A DNA stretch of 64,000 nucleotides from a bacterium (GTDB lineage: Bacteria > Patescibacteriota > UBA1384 > 2-12-FULL-50-11): positions 139,932-203,931 of the forward strand of contig JAJTYJ010000001.1 in NCBI GenBank assembly GCA_021463485.1. The letters are read 5' to 3'. A program made the position numbers and the translations under genes. The notes under the pieces were generated by a model, which had not been told where the DNA came from, made no database searches, and saw only the letters and a list, made by a program, of their open reading frames with translations. Positions 46,898-56,202 of this stretch are shown here, one piece after another (the first letter of the stretch is position 1; each line of letters begins with the position of its first letter).

Positions 46898-49596
46898 TAG
46901 TTTTGTTTTGAATCCATATCCGCCCAATTCGGACCGTACTTAATATCCACTACCAGAGGCACTTTAAGCTCGGCGATCGTACTCATAACCGCTCGGATGT
47001 GTTCACCTGTTTTCTCCACTGCTTTTGCATCAACCTCAAAAAGTAGCTCGTCGTGTATCTGTAATAGCATCGCCGCTTCGCTTGGTAAGCCATCGACAAT
47101 TCTGATCATCGACATCTTCATTAAATCGGCGACTGTTCCTTGGCACGGCATATTAACAGCCATGCGTTCAGCGGCTGAGCGTAGCATCATGTTCGGAGCG
47201 TGTATATCTGGTAAATACCGACGACGACCAAACAGCGTCGAGACGTAGCCTAAATCAGCAGCTTCGCGTTTCTTAGCCTCAATAAACGCCCTAACTCCTG
47301 GGAACGTTGTGAAGTACTTATCAATAAATGTTCTGGCTTCGGTTGACGATATATCTAAGTCGTTCGCTAACGCGTTAGCGCCGAGTCCGTAGATAATACC
47401 GAAATTAATTGCTTTGGCAGAGCGGCGATCAACGCCAAGTTGGGCGGCGACAGCGGCGTGAAAGTCTTCGCCTTGCTGGAAGGCGTCGATGAGACCCGCG
47501 TCTTCTGAGAGATGCGCCAGCACTCTAAGCTCGGCCTGTGAGTAATCGGCTCCGAGTAGCACTTTACCGGGCGCAGCGACAAACGCCCGCCGAACGCGGT
47601 TACCGAGTTCGGTTCGGATCGGGATATTTTGCAAGTTCGGCTCAGTTGAGGCTAACCGGCCGGTAGCAGCACCGATTTGGACAAACGAGGTATGGATACG
47701 GCCGTGCTCGTCGGTTTGTTCGGGTAACGTCTCAACGTAAGTGTTAAGTAGTTTTGCTAACTCTCGGTACTCTAGGATTTTTTGAATAATCGGGTGCGCG
47801 CCTTTAAGCTTGGTTAGCGAATCGGCGTCGGTTGAGTAACCGGACTTGATTTTTTTGATGCCGGTGGCTGGCAACTTTAGGTTGGTGAATAATACCTGCT
47901 GCAACTGAGCAGGGGAGGCGATATTAAACTCCCTGCCGGCGAGTTCGTGTGTTTTCTTTTCGATCGATCGCAAGTCCTCTCGTAATTTCTCCCCCAAACT
48001 TCTTAAGTACTCTCGATCGAGTTGGATACCGACGCGTTCCATCTTTTCCAAAATCGGCAGCAGCGGCATTTCGATCTCATAAAATACGCGTTTAATCGAC
48101 GGCTCTTCTAGGCTCGGCATAAGCTTATCGAACAGCCGCCAAGTAACAATTACGTCTTCGCAAGCGTAGGCCGCCAAATCGTTAACCGGTGCCTCGGTCA
48201 TAACCAAACCCTTATCACCCTTTATTAGTAGTTGTGATGTGGGAATTTTTTTGAAGCCAAGCTCCGAGAACGCCAGCGCATCAAGTCCGTGGCTGTAGAG
48301 CTGGGTGTTCACTAACTGCGACGCGATCATCGTGTCAGCCCAAATGTTCTCTACCTCGAACCCTGAACGCGCTAGCGCTGTCAGATCGTACTTAATATTA
48401 TGGCCAACCTTCTTTATCGCCGGGTTGCCGAGAATCTGCTGGACTGTCGTTCGTACTGTTTCGATGTCGAGACCGTCTTTGTAGGCTGGGGCGAGTGGCA
48501 AGTAGGCAGCGTCAGTAGCGCTCCAGCAAAAGGCAATGCCTATCAGCTCACCGTTAACGTCAACTGTTTCGGTGTCAATAACCAGCAACGGCTGCTTATT
48601 GAGAAACACGGCCAGCTCGTACCAACGCTTAATTGTAGTTACTGCCTCCCACGGCAGCGTTGGCTCAACCTTCACTGCTTCTCGCTTGGTACTGGTTGAG
48701 CTAAACAGCTCTACTTGAACTGATTGCGCCGATTGCGGCAGTTTACTGAGAAGCGACTTAAAATCTAGTTCATGAAAGAGCGTGACTACTTTTGAGAAAT
48801 CAAAGTTCGCGATATCAGCCGCCTCAAGATCTAAGTCGATCTCAAGATCGCACTTTATCTGAGCTAGCTCTTTACTCATATACACCTGGGACTTGTTATC
48901 GGTGAGTATTTGTTTAGTGCGTTCTTTGAGTTCGTTTAGATGCGCGTAGACGTTATCAAGCGTCTGATACTTTTCGAGAAGCTCGATAGCCGTTTTCGGT
49001 CCGATGCCCGGTGCGCCTGGGATATTGTCTGACGAGTCGCCGGCGAGCGCCTTATAGTCGACGATCTGCTCGGGATACACACCCATTTTTTCTTTTACAG
49101 TTGTTCGATTGTATGTAAGTGTATCAGTCACCCCTCGTCGCAAGCTGTAGACACTCGTTGAGTCGTTCACAAGCTGCAACGCGTCGTTGTCGCCGGTTAC
49201 GATCACCGATTGAATACCTTTCTTCGCAGCGATCTTAGTAAGCGACCCAACTAAGTCATCTGCTTCAACACCTTTCTGACCAAATAGCGGGATATTCAGC
49301 ACTTCAACGATCTCACGAACCCGAGGGATTTGGAGTGTTAATGCTTCGTCTGTTTCTTTACGGTGTGCTTTATAGCCATCAAAGATTTTATTGCGAAACG
49401 TTTCGCGCCCGACATCAAAACATGCCACGACGTAATCCGGCTTTTCGTCTTTGATCGCTTTTAGGAGCGTACTAGCGAATCCGAATACAGCGTTTACCTG
49501 TTCGCCTTTCGGCGTCGTTAACGGCGGGAGAGCGTGGTAGGAGCGGTGAATTAGGGCGTTCGAGTCTAATAGTAGGATTTTCGGTACTCGGCTCAT
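46897..49596 (-). CDS. polA: DNA polymerase I
   Basis: 5'-3' exonuclease (GDSSDNIPG), IDTET, ADYSQAELR, AKAINFGIIYG, QIHDEL. Confidence 0.97.
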   Translation of the reverse strand: MSRVPKILLLDSNALIHRSYHALPPLTTPKGEQVNAVFGFASTLLKAIKDEKPDYVVACFDVGRETFRNKIFDGYKAHRKETDEALTLQIPRVREIVEVLNIPLFGQKGVEADDLVGSLTKIAAKKGIQSVIVTGDNDALQLVNDSTSVYSLRRGVTDTLTYNRTTVKEKMGVYPEQIVDYKALAGDSSDNIPGAPGIGPKTAIELLEKYQTLDNVYAHLNELKERTKQILTDNKSQVYMSKELAQIKCDLEIDLDLEAADIANFDFSKVVTLFHELDFKSLLSKLPQSAQSVQVELFSSTSTKREAVKVEPTLPWEAVTTIKRWYELAVFLNKQPLLVIDTETVDVNGELIGIAFCWSATDAAYLPLAPAYKDGLDIETVRTTVQQILGNPAIKKVGHNIKYDLTALARSGFEVENIWADTMIASQLVNTQLYSHGLDALAFSELGFKKIPTSQLLIKGDKGLVMTEAPVNDLAAYACEDVIVTWRLFDKLMPSLEEPSIKRVFYEIEMPLLPILEKMERVGIQLDREYLRSLGEKLREDLRSIEKKTHELAGREFNIASPAQLQQVLFTNLKLPATGIKKIKSGYSTDADSLTKLKGAHPIIQKILEYRELAKLLNTYVETLPEQTDEHGRIHTSFVQIGAATGRLASTEPNLQNIPIRTELGNRVRRAFVAAPGKVLLGADYSQAELRVLAHLSEDAGLIDAFQQGEDFHAAVAAQLGVDRRSAKAINFGIIYGLGANALANDLDISSTEARTFIDKYFTTFPGVRAFIEAKKREAADLGYVSTLFGRRRYLPDIHAPNMMLRSAAERMAVNMPCQGTVADLMKMSMIRIVDGLPSEAAMLLQIHDELLFEVDAKAVEKTGEHIRAVMSTIAELKVPLVVDIKYGPNWADMDSKQN

Positions 49597-49614
49597 GTGC
49601 CGAGTATACCAACT

Positions 49615-50961
49615 TTAACGGACTTGGTATTTAACCAATAGCTCTTCAAGAACGGCTTTATCGCTCCACGGCACCAATCTATCACCGACAGCCATAACTT
49701 TTTCGGCGCCCTTACCAGTAACTAGGACAACGTCTTGCGGCCTCGCCATCGAGAGTGCCTTAGCGATCGCTTCACGACGATCTAGTATCCTCCACCACCA
49801 AATGTCCTCGCCGGAGTCTTTGTATTTGAACGGCACCTCAGATTCTTTATTAACTTTCATCCGACCACCGCGGTTCGGTCGCCCGCGCGGAACGCCGGCG
49901 GCAACGGCATCGATAATATCGCCCGGGTCTTCGTCGTACGGATCCTCGTTAGTTAAAATTACAAAGTCTGCGTATTTACCTGCAAGCGCCCCCAGAATCG
50001 GTCGCTTAGTTTTATCGCGTCTGCCGGTTGCACCAAGTACTGAGATCAGTTTGCCTCGAACAGTTGGTTTAATCGTTTCGTAAACCTTTTGCAGCGCGTC
50101 CGGGGTGTGAGCGTAGTCAACGATAACGGTAAACGGCTGACCGACTTCGATTACTTCCATCCGTCCCGGAATCGGTCGGATATTGCGCAGTCCTTCAATT
50201 ACGTCTTCGATACTGATGTTAAGCCCGATACCGACCGTCGCTGCCGCTAACGCGTTATAGACGTTAAACATTCCCGGTAACGGCAGGTTAAGTGCCGCCT
50301 GGCGCTGGCCGACCACCAAGATAAAGTCTGTCCCACCCGGTCTGGTTAGTACTTTTTTGGCAGCGATAAGCGAGCTGTGTTTTAGACCGTAGGTCAGCAG
50401 ATGGTCTGCGGGATACTTAGCGAACTCCTGAAAAGCCGGGTCGTCGCTATTAACAACCGAGAAGACCGGATGGCTGGCAAATAGCGCTTCTTTAGCAAGC
50501 CGGTACTGCTCCATCGTTTTATGATAATCGAGGTGATCGTGAGTAAGATTAGTAAAAACAGTCGTGTGAAAATCAATCCCCAAGAGCCGATGTTGATCGA
50601 GCGCAATTGAGGTCACTTCAATAACCGCGTCCTGACAACCGGCATCAACCATCTGCCGAAGCATTTTTTGCAGTAAAAACGGGCTGACGGTCGTCATCTT
50701 TAGATTATTCTCGAATCGACTCTCGCCAACCTGGAAGTTAATAGTCGTGGTCATCCCTACTTTCCGCCCCGAGGCTTCGAGCACTGCGGTAATCATATGA
50801 CACGTCGTAGTCTTGCCATTTGTCCCGGTTACACCGATCACTCTCAGCTGTCGTGACGGAAACCGATATAGCACGTTAGCCAGAATCGCCGTGGCTAAGT
50901 GGTAGTAGTTAATGGTTTTTTGCGAGAAGACCTTTCGACCGAGTTTTTTGAGTATATTCAT
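49615..50961 (-). CDS. murE: UDP-MurNAc-tripeptide synthetase MurE
   Basis: GVTGTNGKTT, NLTHDHLDYH, VDYAHTPD, RDKTKRP, EDPYDE, TGKG. Confidence 0.9.
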   Translation of the reverse strand: MNILKKLGRKVFSQKTINYYHLATAILANVLYRFPSRQLRVIGVTGTNGKTTTCHMITAVLEASGRKVGMTTTINFQVGESRFENNLKMTTVSPFLLQKMLRQMVDAGCQDAVIEVTSIALDQHRLLGIDFHTTVFTNLTHDHLDYHKTMEQYRLAKEALFASHPVFSVVNSDDPAFQEFAKYPADHLLTYGLKHSSLIAAKKVLTRPGGTDFILVVGQRQAALNLPLPGMFNVYNALAAATVGIGLNISIEDVIEGLRNIRPIPGRMEVIEVGQPFTVIVDYAHTPDALQKVYETIKPTVRGKLISVLGATGRRDKTKRPILGALAGKYADFVILTNEDPYDEDPGDIIDAVAAGVPRGRPNRGGRMKVNKESEVPFKYKDSGEDIWWWRILDRREAIAKALSMARPQDVVLVTGKGAEKVMAVGDRLVPWSDKAVLEELLVKYQVR

Positions 50962-50970
50962 CGTTATTAG

Positions 50971-51879
50971 CTAGCGCAGCGCCTGTCTGCGTCGACGCTC
51001 TGCGAACTGGTATACGGTATACCAAAACGGTTTGCGGATAAAGTCCCAACTCCCGAGTAATCGCACCGACTCGCCTCCAAACTGCGTTTTAAAACGGGTG
51101 AGACTGGCGTAAGAATGGTTCGGTCTGTCTGGCGGAGCGATCGCTAATAAGTCGTAAATCCGACAACCCCTCTCTCTCGAGCGTTTCATCGCCGCCCAGT
51201 GCATTAGATACGGAGCCATTAAGTTTCGATCGCCGCCCGACGCTCCGTACAGAAAACTACCGGCGCCGCCCCAGTACAAAAATATCCCGGCAGAAAGCGC
51301 CGTACCGTTCTTTGAAACAACGAGCACCTCGCCGACGCCTTCTTTGGCTAAAAGCTTAACTAGCCCCTCAAAGTAACCGAGCTCGCGACCCTGGAACCGG
51401 TTTCGCTCCGATGTCTGTTGATACAGGCCGAAAAACTGTCCGACGGCCGATCGGTCGGTTGAAAAGTGTATTTGCAGATGATTGCGCTCAGCGACCTTGA
51501 TGTTATAGCGACCTTTCGGTTTCATCTCACTTAAAAGTTCCTCGTCGGACCTATCAAGATGAATCCACTGTCGGTATTCTGGCTGTACTTCCTCAAACGA
51601 CTTTCTCAGGCCGATGCCTTGCAGTTTCTCTACCGTCTCTGGCGAGTATCGTTCGAGAAATTCAAATCGAGTGAATATATCTGGTACCGCAGCCGCGCAC
51701 TCAGCCTTAACTTCCTGCAGTACTTCTTGAGAATAAGGCAGTTCCGGCCAGTACTCGAGCGATAGACCGAGCGGTAACTCCTTACGCAGGGCTAAGTGCT
51801 CGCCAACACGTCGCGGTCGCCAGCCACTTTTTTGCTTAAAATTCGCCCAAGCATCAGTCTGAAAGAAGGATGTAATCAC
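50971..51879 (-). CDS. FemABX-family lipid II peptidyltransferase
   Basis: FFQTDAWANFK, MKPKGRYNIK, LYGAS, YLMHW, FKTQFGG; GTG start. Confidence 0.85.
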   Translation of the reverse strand: MITSFFQTDAWANFKQKSGWRPRRVGEHLALRKELPLGLSLEYWPELPYSQEVLQEVKAECAAAVPDIFTRFEFLERYSPETVEKLQGIGLRKSFEEVQPEYRQWIHLDRSDEELLSEMKPKGRYNIKVAERNHLQIHFSTDRSAVGQFFGLYQQTSERNRFQGRELGYFEGLVKLLAKEGVGEVLVVSKNGTALSAGIFLYWGGAGSFLYGASGGDRNLMAPYLMHWAAMKRSRERGCRIYDLLAIAPPDRPNHSYASLTRFKTQFGGESVRLLGSWDFIRKPFWYTVYQFAERRRRQALR

Positions 51880-51930
51880 CTTATTAGTATACCCTGCCCG
51901 AAACAGGCTAATCCAGGTAAAATATAAGGG

Positions 51931-52017
51931 ATGAAGATACTTGCCATCGAAACTAGTTGTGACGCTTGCGAATCGTCCGAAGGACGCGGGAACATCCCGA
52001 GCAGGAGAATACCATGA
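51931..52017 (+). other. Upstream mini-ORF (28 aa) starting with a recoded duplicate of the TsaD N-terminus
   Basis: MKILAIETSCD-ACESSEGRGNIPSRRIP*; ATGA overlap with the true tsaD start; spacer holds twin hairpins and an AGGAG SD. Confidence 0.88.
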
Positions 52018-53027
52018 AAATACTAGCCATTGAGACCTCCTGCGACGAAACAGCGGCAGCGATCGTTGAAGATCAAAATTACCGTCCGGTTGTACTAAGC
52101 GAAGTAGTCGCGTCTCAGATGGAGGTTCACGCCGAAACTGGTGGCGTCGTTCCCAATATCGCCGCTCGTCTTCACACTGAAGCTCTGCCGCAAGTACTCG
52201 CTCAGGTCACCAATAAGAAACGGCTGGACTTTGATGCCGTCGCTGTAACTGTTGGCCCGGGGCTAATCGGCTCGCTACTAGTGGGGGTTGCTGCGGCCAA
52301 AAGTATCGCTATGAGCAAAGACCTACCGTTTTTCGCGATTAATCACCTCGAAGGACATATTTACTCGGCTTGGCTTAACGAACAGTTGCCAGAGTTGCCG
52401 GCGATTATTGTGATAGTTTCTGGCGGTCACACCGAACTTGTCTTAATGGAACGACACGGAGTTTATCAGCACCTCGGCTCAACTCGCGACGACGCCGCCG
52501 GCGAGGCCTTCGATAAGGTTGCCAGACTACTCGAGCTAGGGTACCCGGGTGGACCGGAAATCGCGAAACTGGCGCTTCACGGCGCTCGTGACGCTTACCA
52601 ATTCCCAATCGGACTCGACGAGCGCGACAGTCTAGAGTTTTCGTTTAGCGGTCTAAAGGCATCTGTTTATTCGCTCCTTCAAAAGTTACCCACACCGCTA
52701 CCAGAGCATACAAAAGCCGATATTGCAGCCAGTTTTGAGCATACCGTTGCAGCTACGATCGCTCGCAAAACCGTAACAGCAGTCGGCCACTACCCAGGAT
52801 TACGCTCGGTCTGTTTGGTTGGCGGGGTCGCAGCCAATCGCTATTTGCGAACCTATCTCGAACAAACACTCAACCAGCGTCGACCGGACGTTCGCTTCTC
52901 GATCGCACCGCTCAACTACTGCACCGACAACGCAGCGATGATTGGAGCAGCGGCTGTCTATCACCATCTTTTTGGTAAACCTGATTCTTGGTATGCTAGT
53001 CAGGCTAATCCAAGCCTAGAGCTCTGA
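52014..53027 (+). CDS. tsaD: tRNA N6-threonylcarbamoyltransferase TsaD
   Basis: LAIETSCDET, GGVVP, GPGL, HLEGH, VSGGHT, DDAAGEAFDK, FSFSGLK, TDNAAMIG. Confidence 0.96.
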   Translation: MKILAIETSCDETAAAIVEDQNYRPVVLSEVVASQMEVHAETGGVVPNIAARLHTEALPQVLAQVTNKKRLDFDAVAVTVGPGLIGSLLVGVAAAKSIAMSKDLPFFAINHLEGHIYSAWLNEQLPELPAIIVIVSGGHTELVLMERHGVYQHLGSTRDDAAGEAFDKVARLLELGYPGGPEIAKLALHGARDAYQFPIGLDERDSLEFSFSGLKASVYSLLQKLPTPLPEHTKADIAASFEHTVAATIARKTVTAVGHYPGLRSVCLVGGVAANRYLRTYLEQTLNQRRPDVRFSIAPLNYCTDNAAMIGAAAVYHHLFGKPDSWYASQANPSLEL

Positions 53028-55111
53028 TGAAAGAAATACCAACTCGCTACGACCACACCACCGAGCCTGCAACCTACGACGAGTGGGAGAAGTCTGGATT
53101 GTTCTCGCCGAAAGGCAAGGGTGAACCGTTTAGTATGATCATGCCACCGCCTAACGTTACCGGCGACCTCCACCTCGGTCACGGTTTAACTTATGCAGTT
53201 CACGATACCATTGCCCGCTACCAACGACGTCTCGGTAAAGACGTTCTAATTCTGCCGGGTGCCGACCACGCAGCGATTGCCGTTCAGGCCCTAGTCGAAA
53301 AGAAAGTCCAAAAAGAGCAGGGTATGAGCCGAACACAACTAGGTAAAGAAAAGTTCCTCGAAGAAGTTTGGAAATGGATCGAGTATTACATGCCTCGTAT
53401 GAAAGTATCACTTCGTCGATTTGGCCTATCGGCCGACTGGACTAAATTTCGTTTTACGATGGACGAGCACTCCCAATACGCCGTTCAGACAGCGTTTATC
53501 GAGCTCTATAAAAAGGATTTGATCTATCGGGGCAATTATCTGGTTAACTGGGACCCAAAACTACAAACCGCTATTTCCGACGATGAAGTTGTCTATCAAG
53601 AAGTGCCCGGTAAGCTGTATTGGATAAAATACGGGCCGATTACGTTGGCAACCGTTAGACCCGAGACAAAATTCGGCGACACCGCCATTGCCGTTCACCC
53701 AGAAGATCATCGCTACAAAAAATACGTCGGAACAGAAATTGAAGTAACACTGGTAACCGGCGAGAAGAAGAAAATCCCCGTTGTCGCCGACGAAGCCGTC
53801 GACCCCGAGTTTGGCACCGGCGCGGTTAAAGTTACACCGGCTCATGACCCGGCCGATTTTGAGATTGCTAAGCGCCACAATCTGCCGGCGATCGAAGTGA
53901 TTGACCAGTACGGCAAACTCACGGCCGTTGCCGGTGAGTTTGTTGGCCTTAAAGCCAGCGACGCTCGTGAAATCGTAGCGAAAAAATTAGAAGAGATGGG
54001 CCTTCTCGAAAAAACAGAAGACTACACGATCCGCCAACCGATTAGTGAACGAAGCGGTGCCGTCATCGAGCCACGTCTTTCGACGCAGTGGTTCATGAAA
54101 ACAACAGAACTAAAGAAAGAGGCGCTAGCGGTCGTTCGATCAGGTAAAATTACGTTTTTCCCAAAGAGTATTGAGAAAACGTATGAACACTGGCTAAGCA
54201 ACCTCCACGACTGGTGTATCTCACGTCAGCTCTGGTGGGGACACCCTATCCCAGCATACTACGACGAGAAAGGTAACATTTTCGTAGCTGATTCGCTCGA
54301 GTCAGCCCAAAAAGAAGCTGGCAAAGACGTCAAATTAACTGCCGATCAAGATGTTCTCGATACCTGGTTCTCGTCAGGGCTCTGGCCGTTCTCAACGCTC
54401 GGCTGGCCGAACGCTGAGGCACCAGATCTAAAACGGTACTTTCCTACTAGCCTACTAGAAACCGGCACAGATATTCTTTTCTTTTGGGTGGCCCGGATGA
54501 TTATCTTGAGTCTTGCCTTGCAAAAAGAAGTGCCCTTCAAGCAAGTCTACTTTCACGGTCTTATTTTGGACGAAGACGGTAAAAAAATGAGTAAAAGTAA
54601 GGGTAATGTTCTTGACCCGCTGATACTTATTGATAAATACGGCGCTGATGCGTTCCGGATGAGCGTAATCGGTGGCAATTCGGTCGGACAGCCGCAAAGA
54701 TACTCCGAACAAAAGATCATTAAGTATCGAAATTTTGTTACAAAAGTGTGGAACGCAGCACGGTTTGTGGCTATAACCGCCGACAACACTAAACCAGTAA
54801 AGCCAACTAAACTCGACCGAACTGAAACCGAGTTTTGCCAAAAACTAGAGCGTCTAACTCAAGACAACCAAAAGTTCTTCGCTAACTACCAACTCGGAGT
54901 GGCGTTAGAAGAATTGTACGAGTTTTTCTGGCACGAATTCGCCGATAAACTAATCGAATATGAGAAGAAAGTGATCCAAGAAACTACCGACGTCGAGCGA
55001 GCCAAGGAGGCCAAAGCCTTCTTAAGTTGGGCGCTGCAAGAACAGCTACCGCTCCTTTCCGACTTTGCGCCGTTTCTTGTTGATCGCATCAAGAAGGAGA
55101 TGTTTCAATGA
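53027..55111 (+). CDS. valS: Valine--tRNA ligase (short form)
   Basis: PPPNVTGDLHLGH, DWCISRQLWWGH, DVLDTWFSS, KMSKS. Confidence 0.96.
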   Translation: MKEIPTRYDHTTEPATYDEWEKSGLFSPKGKGEPFSMIMPPPNVTGDLHLGHGLTYAVHDTIARYQRRLGKDVLILPGADHAAIAVQALVEKKVQKEQGMSRTQLGKEKFLEEVWKWIEYYMPRMKVSLRRFGLSADWTKFRFTMDEHSQYAVQTAFIELYKKDLIYRGNYLVNWDPKLQTAISDDEVVYQEVPGKLYWIKYGPITLATVRPETKFGDTAIAVHPEDHRYKKYVGTEIEVTLVTGEKKKIPVVADEAVDPEFGTGAVKVTPAHDPADFEIAKRHNLPAIEVIDQYGKLTAVAGEFVGLKASDAREIVAKKLEEMGLLEKTEDYTIRQPISERSGAVIEPRLSTQWFMKTTELKKEALAVVRSGKITFFPKSIEKTYEHWLSNLHDWCISRQLWWGHPIPAYYDEKGNIFVADSLESAQKEAGKDVKLTADQDVLDTWFSSGLWPFSTLGWPNAEAPDLKRYFPTSLLETGTDILFFWVARMIILSLALQKEVPFKQVYFHGLILDEDGKKMSKSKGNVLDPLILIDKYGADAFRMSVIGGNSVGQPQRYSEQKIIKYRNFVTKVWNAARFVAITADNTKPVKPTKLDRTETEFCQKLERLTQDNQKFFANYQLGVALEELYEFFWHEFADKLIEYEKKVIQETTDVERAKEAKAFLSWALQEQLPLLSDFAPFLVDRIKKEMFQ

Positions 55112-55461
55112 CGCCGAGAGCGTTGTTTTGGATCGGCGCGCTCATCGCCTTTAGCGCAATTGTTAGTTTGTACTCAGCCGAGCGCGCAAAAATTTCCAGA
55201 GAATTACTCCAACAACAAGAACAGTTCCAGCAAGCTCAGGTAGAAAGTATGAAAAATTTTCTACAAGAACAAAAGGACGGCAAAAAACTTATTGGACTTG
55301 CTAAGCGCTTACCGAGCGAAAACGCCGAGTTGATAAAATTGGTGGTGCTACGCGCTTACGAGCTAGAGCCAAATAGTCGAGATATCGCCGTGCTTGCCAG
55401 CGCTTACGACCCCGGCGCTAAGGCTCGGGTTAAAGAGATCGACCCGCTTTACTCCGAATAA
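55108..55461 (+). CDS. Small membrane-anchored helical protein
   Basis: ATGA-coupled to valS; N-terminal TM. Confidence 0.65.
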   Translation: MTPRALFWIGALIAFSAIVSLYSAERAKISRELLQQQEQFQQAQVESMKNFLQEQKDGKKLIGLAKRLPSENAELIKLVVLRAYELEPNSRDIAVLASAYDPGAKARVKEIDPLYSE

Positions 55462-55485
55462 AAAATTGGGCCAAGGTTGGCCCAA
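55460..55485 (-). terminator. Terminator of the 55490-56113 orphan gene
   Basis: TTGGGCCAA...TTGGCCCAA inverted repeat with an A-run overlapping the neighbour's stop. Confidence 0.7.
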
Positions 55486-55489
55486 CGAG

Positions 55490-56113
55490 TTATTCCCCCT
55501 TTTGCCAGAGCAGGGGTTTTGCTCTTGTCGTATCGTCCCAGACGTGGAAACGTGCGAGCGCCTCTTTGAAGTCTGCTGCGAACATCGGTTTGCCAGCTGA
55601 GACGGTAAGAGAAATTGGTTGTGCGCTTTTCCAGCCGGTCTGATCACCCCAACAGAGTAGAGTCGCAGTACATCGAGGCGATGTGACGCTCACCGACCAG
55701 TAGGCGCCGGGCCTAACCGTCTCTGTGAGGTACTCAACGGATCGCTGGCTTTCCTGACCGAAAAGACGCAATAGCTCCTCGGGTACCGGGACGCTTTTTG
55801 TGAGCTCTATGAAACCAATATTGAGCTCGGGCTTGGTTCCAGTCCCGCTTTCGACCAGGCTAACCACGAGGTTCTCTCCCTGTGATTTATTAACAGCCAG
55901 ATCCACTGTCTTGAAGCGGTAACGACCAAGCAACGAGTGCAACTCAGAGTTGCGACGAGCTGACGGGGCGTCGGTCTCAACCGGCTTTCCACCAGCTAAC
56001 ACAGCTTCGTTTTTCCCCTGTAGGAAGTCAGCTACTCGCTGCTCTACTAGGGTTGTTGTGGCTTCGCCGAGCGACAAGCCAGACATGACAATTGCGAGTA
56101 ATGCGCTATACAT
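55490..56113 (-). CDS. Orphan putative exported protein
   Basis: Hydrophobic N-terminus; TATACT -10, GAGGTG SD and own terminator. Confidence 0.6.
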   Translation of the reverse strand: MYSALLAIVMSGLSLGEATTTLVEQRVADFLQGKNEAVLAGGKPVETDAPSARRNSELHSLLGRYRFKTVDLAVNKSQGENLVVSLVESGTGTKPELNIGFIELTKSVPVPEELLRLFGQESQRSVEYLTETVRPGAYWSVSVTSPRCTATLLCWGDQTGWKSAQPISLTVSAGKPMFAADFKEALARFHVWDDTTRAKPLLWQKGE

Positions 56114-56202
56114 AAAGCACCTCTGTTAATGAACTGGCCACAGTATATCACGAAATCCGGCTAGTTAATTAAAAAATCCTCCGAGAATGCTATGCTAAAG
56201 AT

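Noticed and set aside
49800-49895. Insertion-like segment in MurE (GRPNRGGRMKVNKESEVPFKYKDSG) with a CGACC/GGTCG stem
   Set aside because: The stem is short and GC-rich and this loop is variable in MurE, so there is not enough evidence for a palindromic element.
51966-52013. N-terminal extension MRIVRRTREHPEQENT on TsaD in the ORF track
   Set aside because: It arises from a TTG inside the duplicate spacer; the SD-led ATG at 52014 gives the canonical N-terminus.
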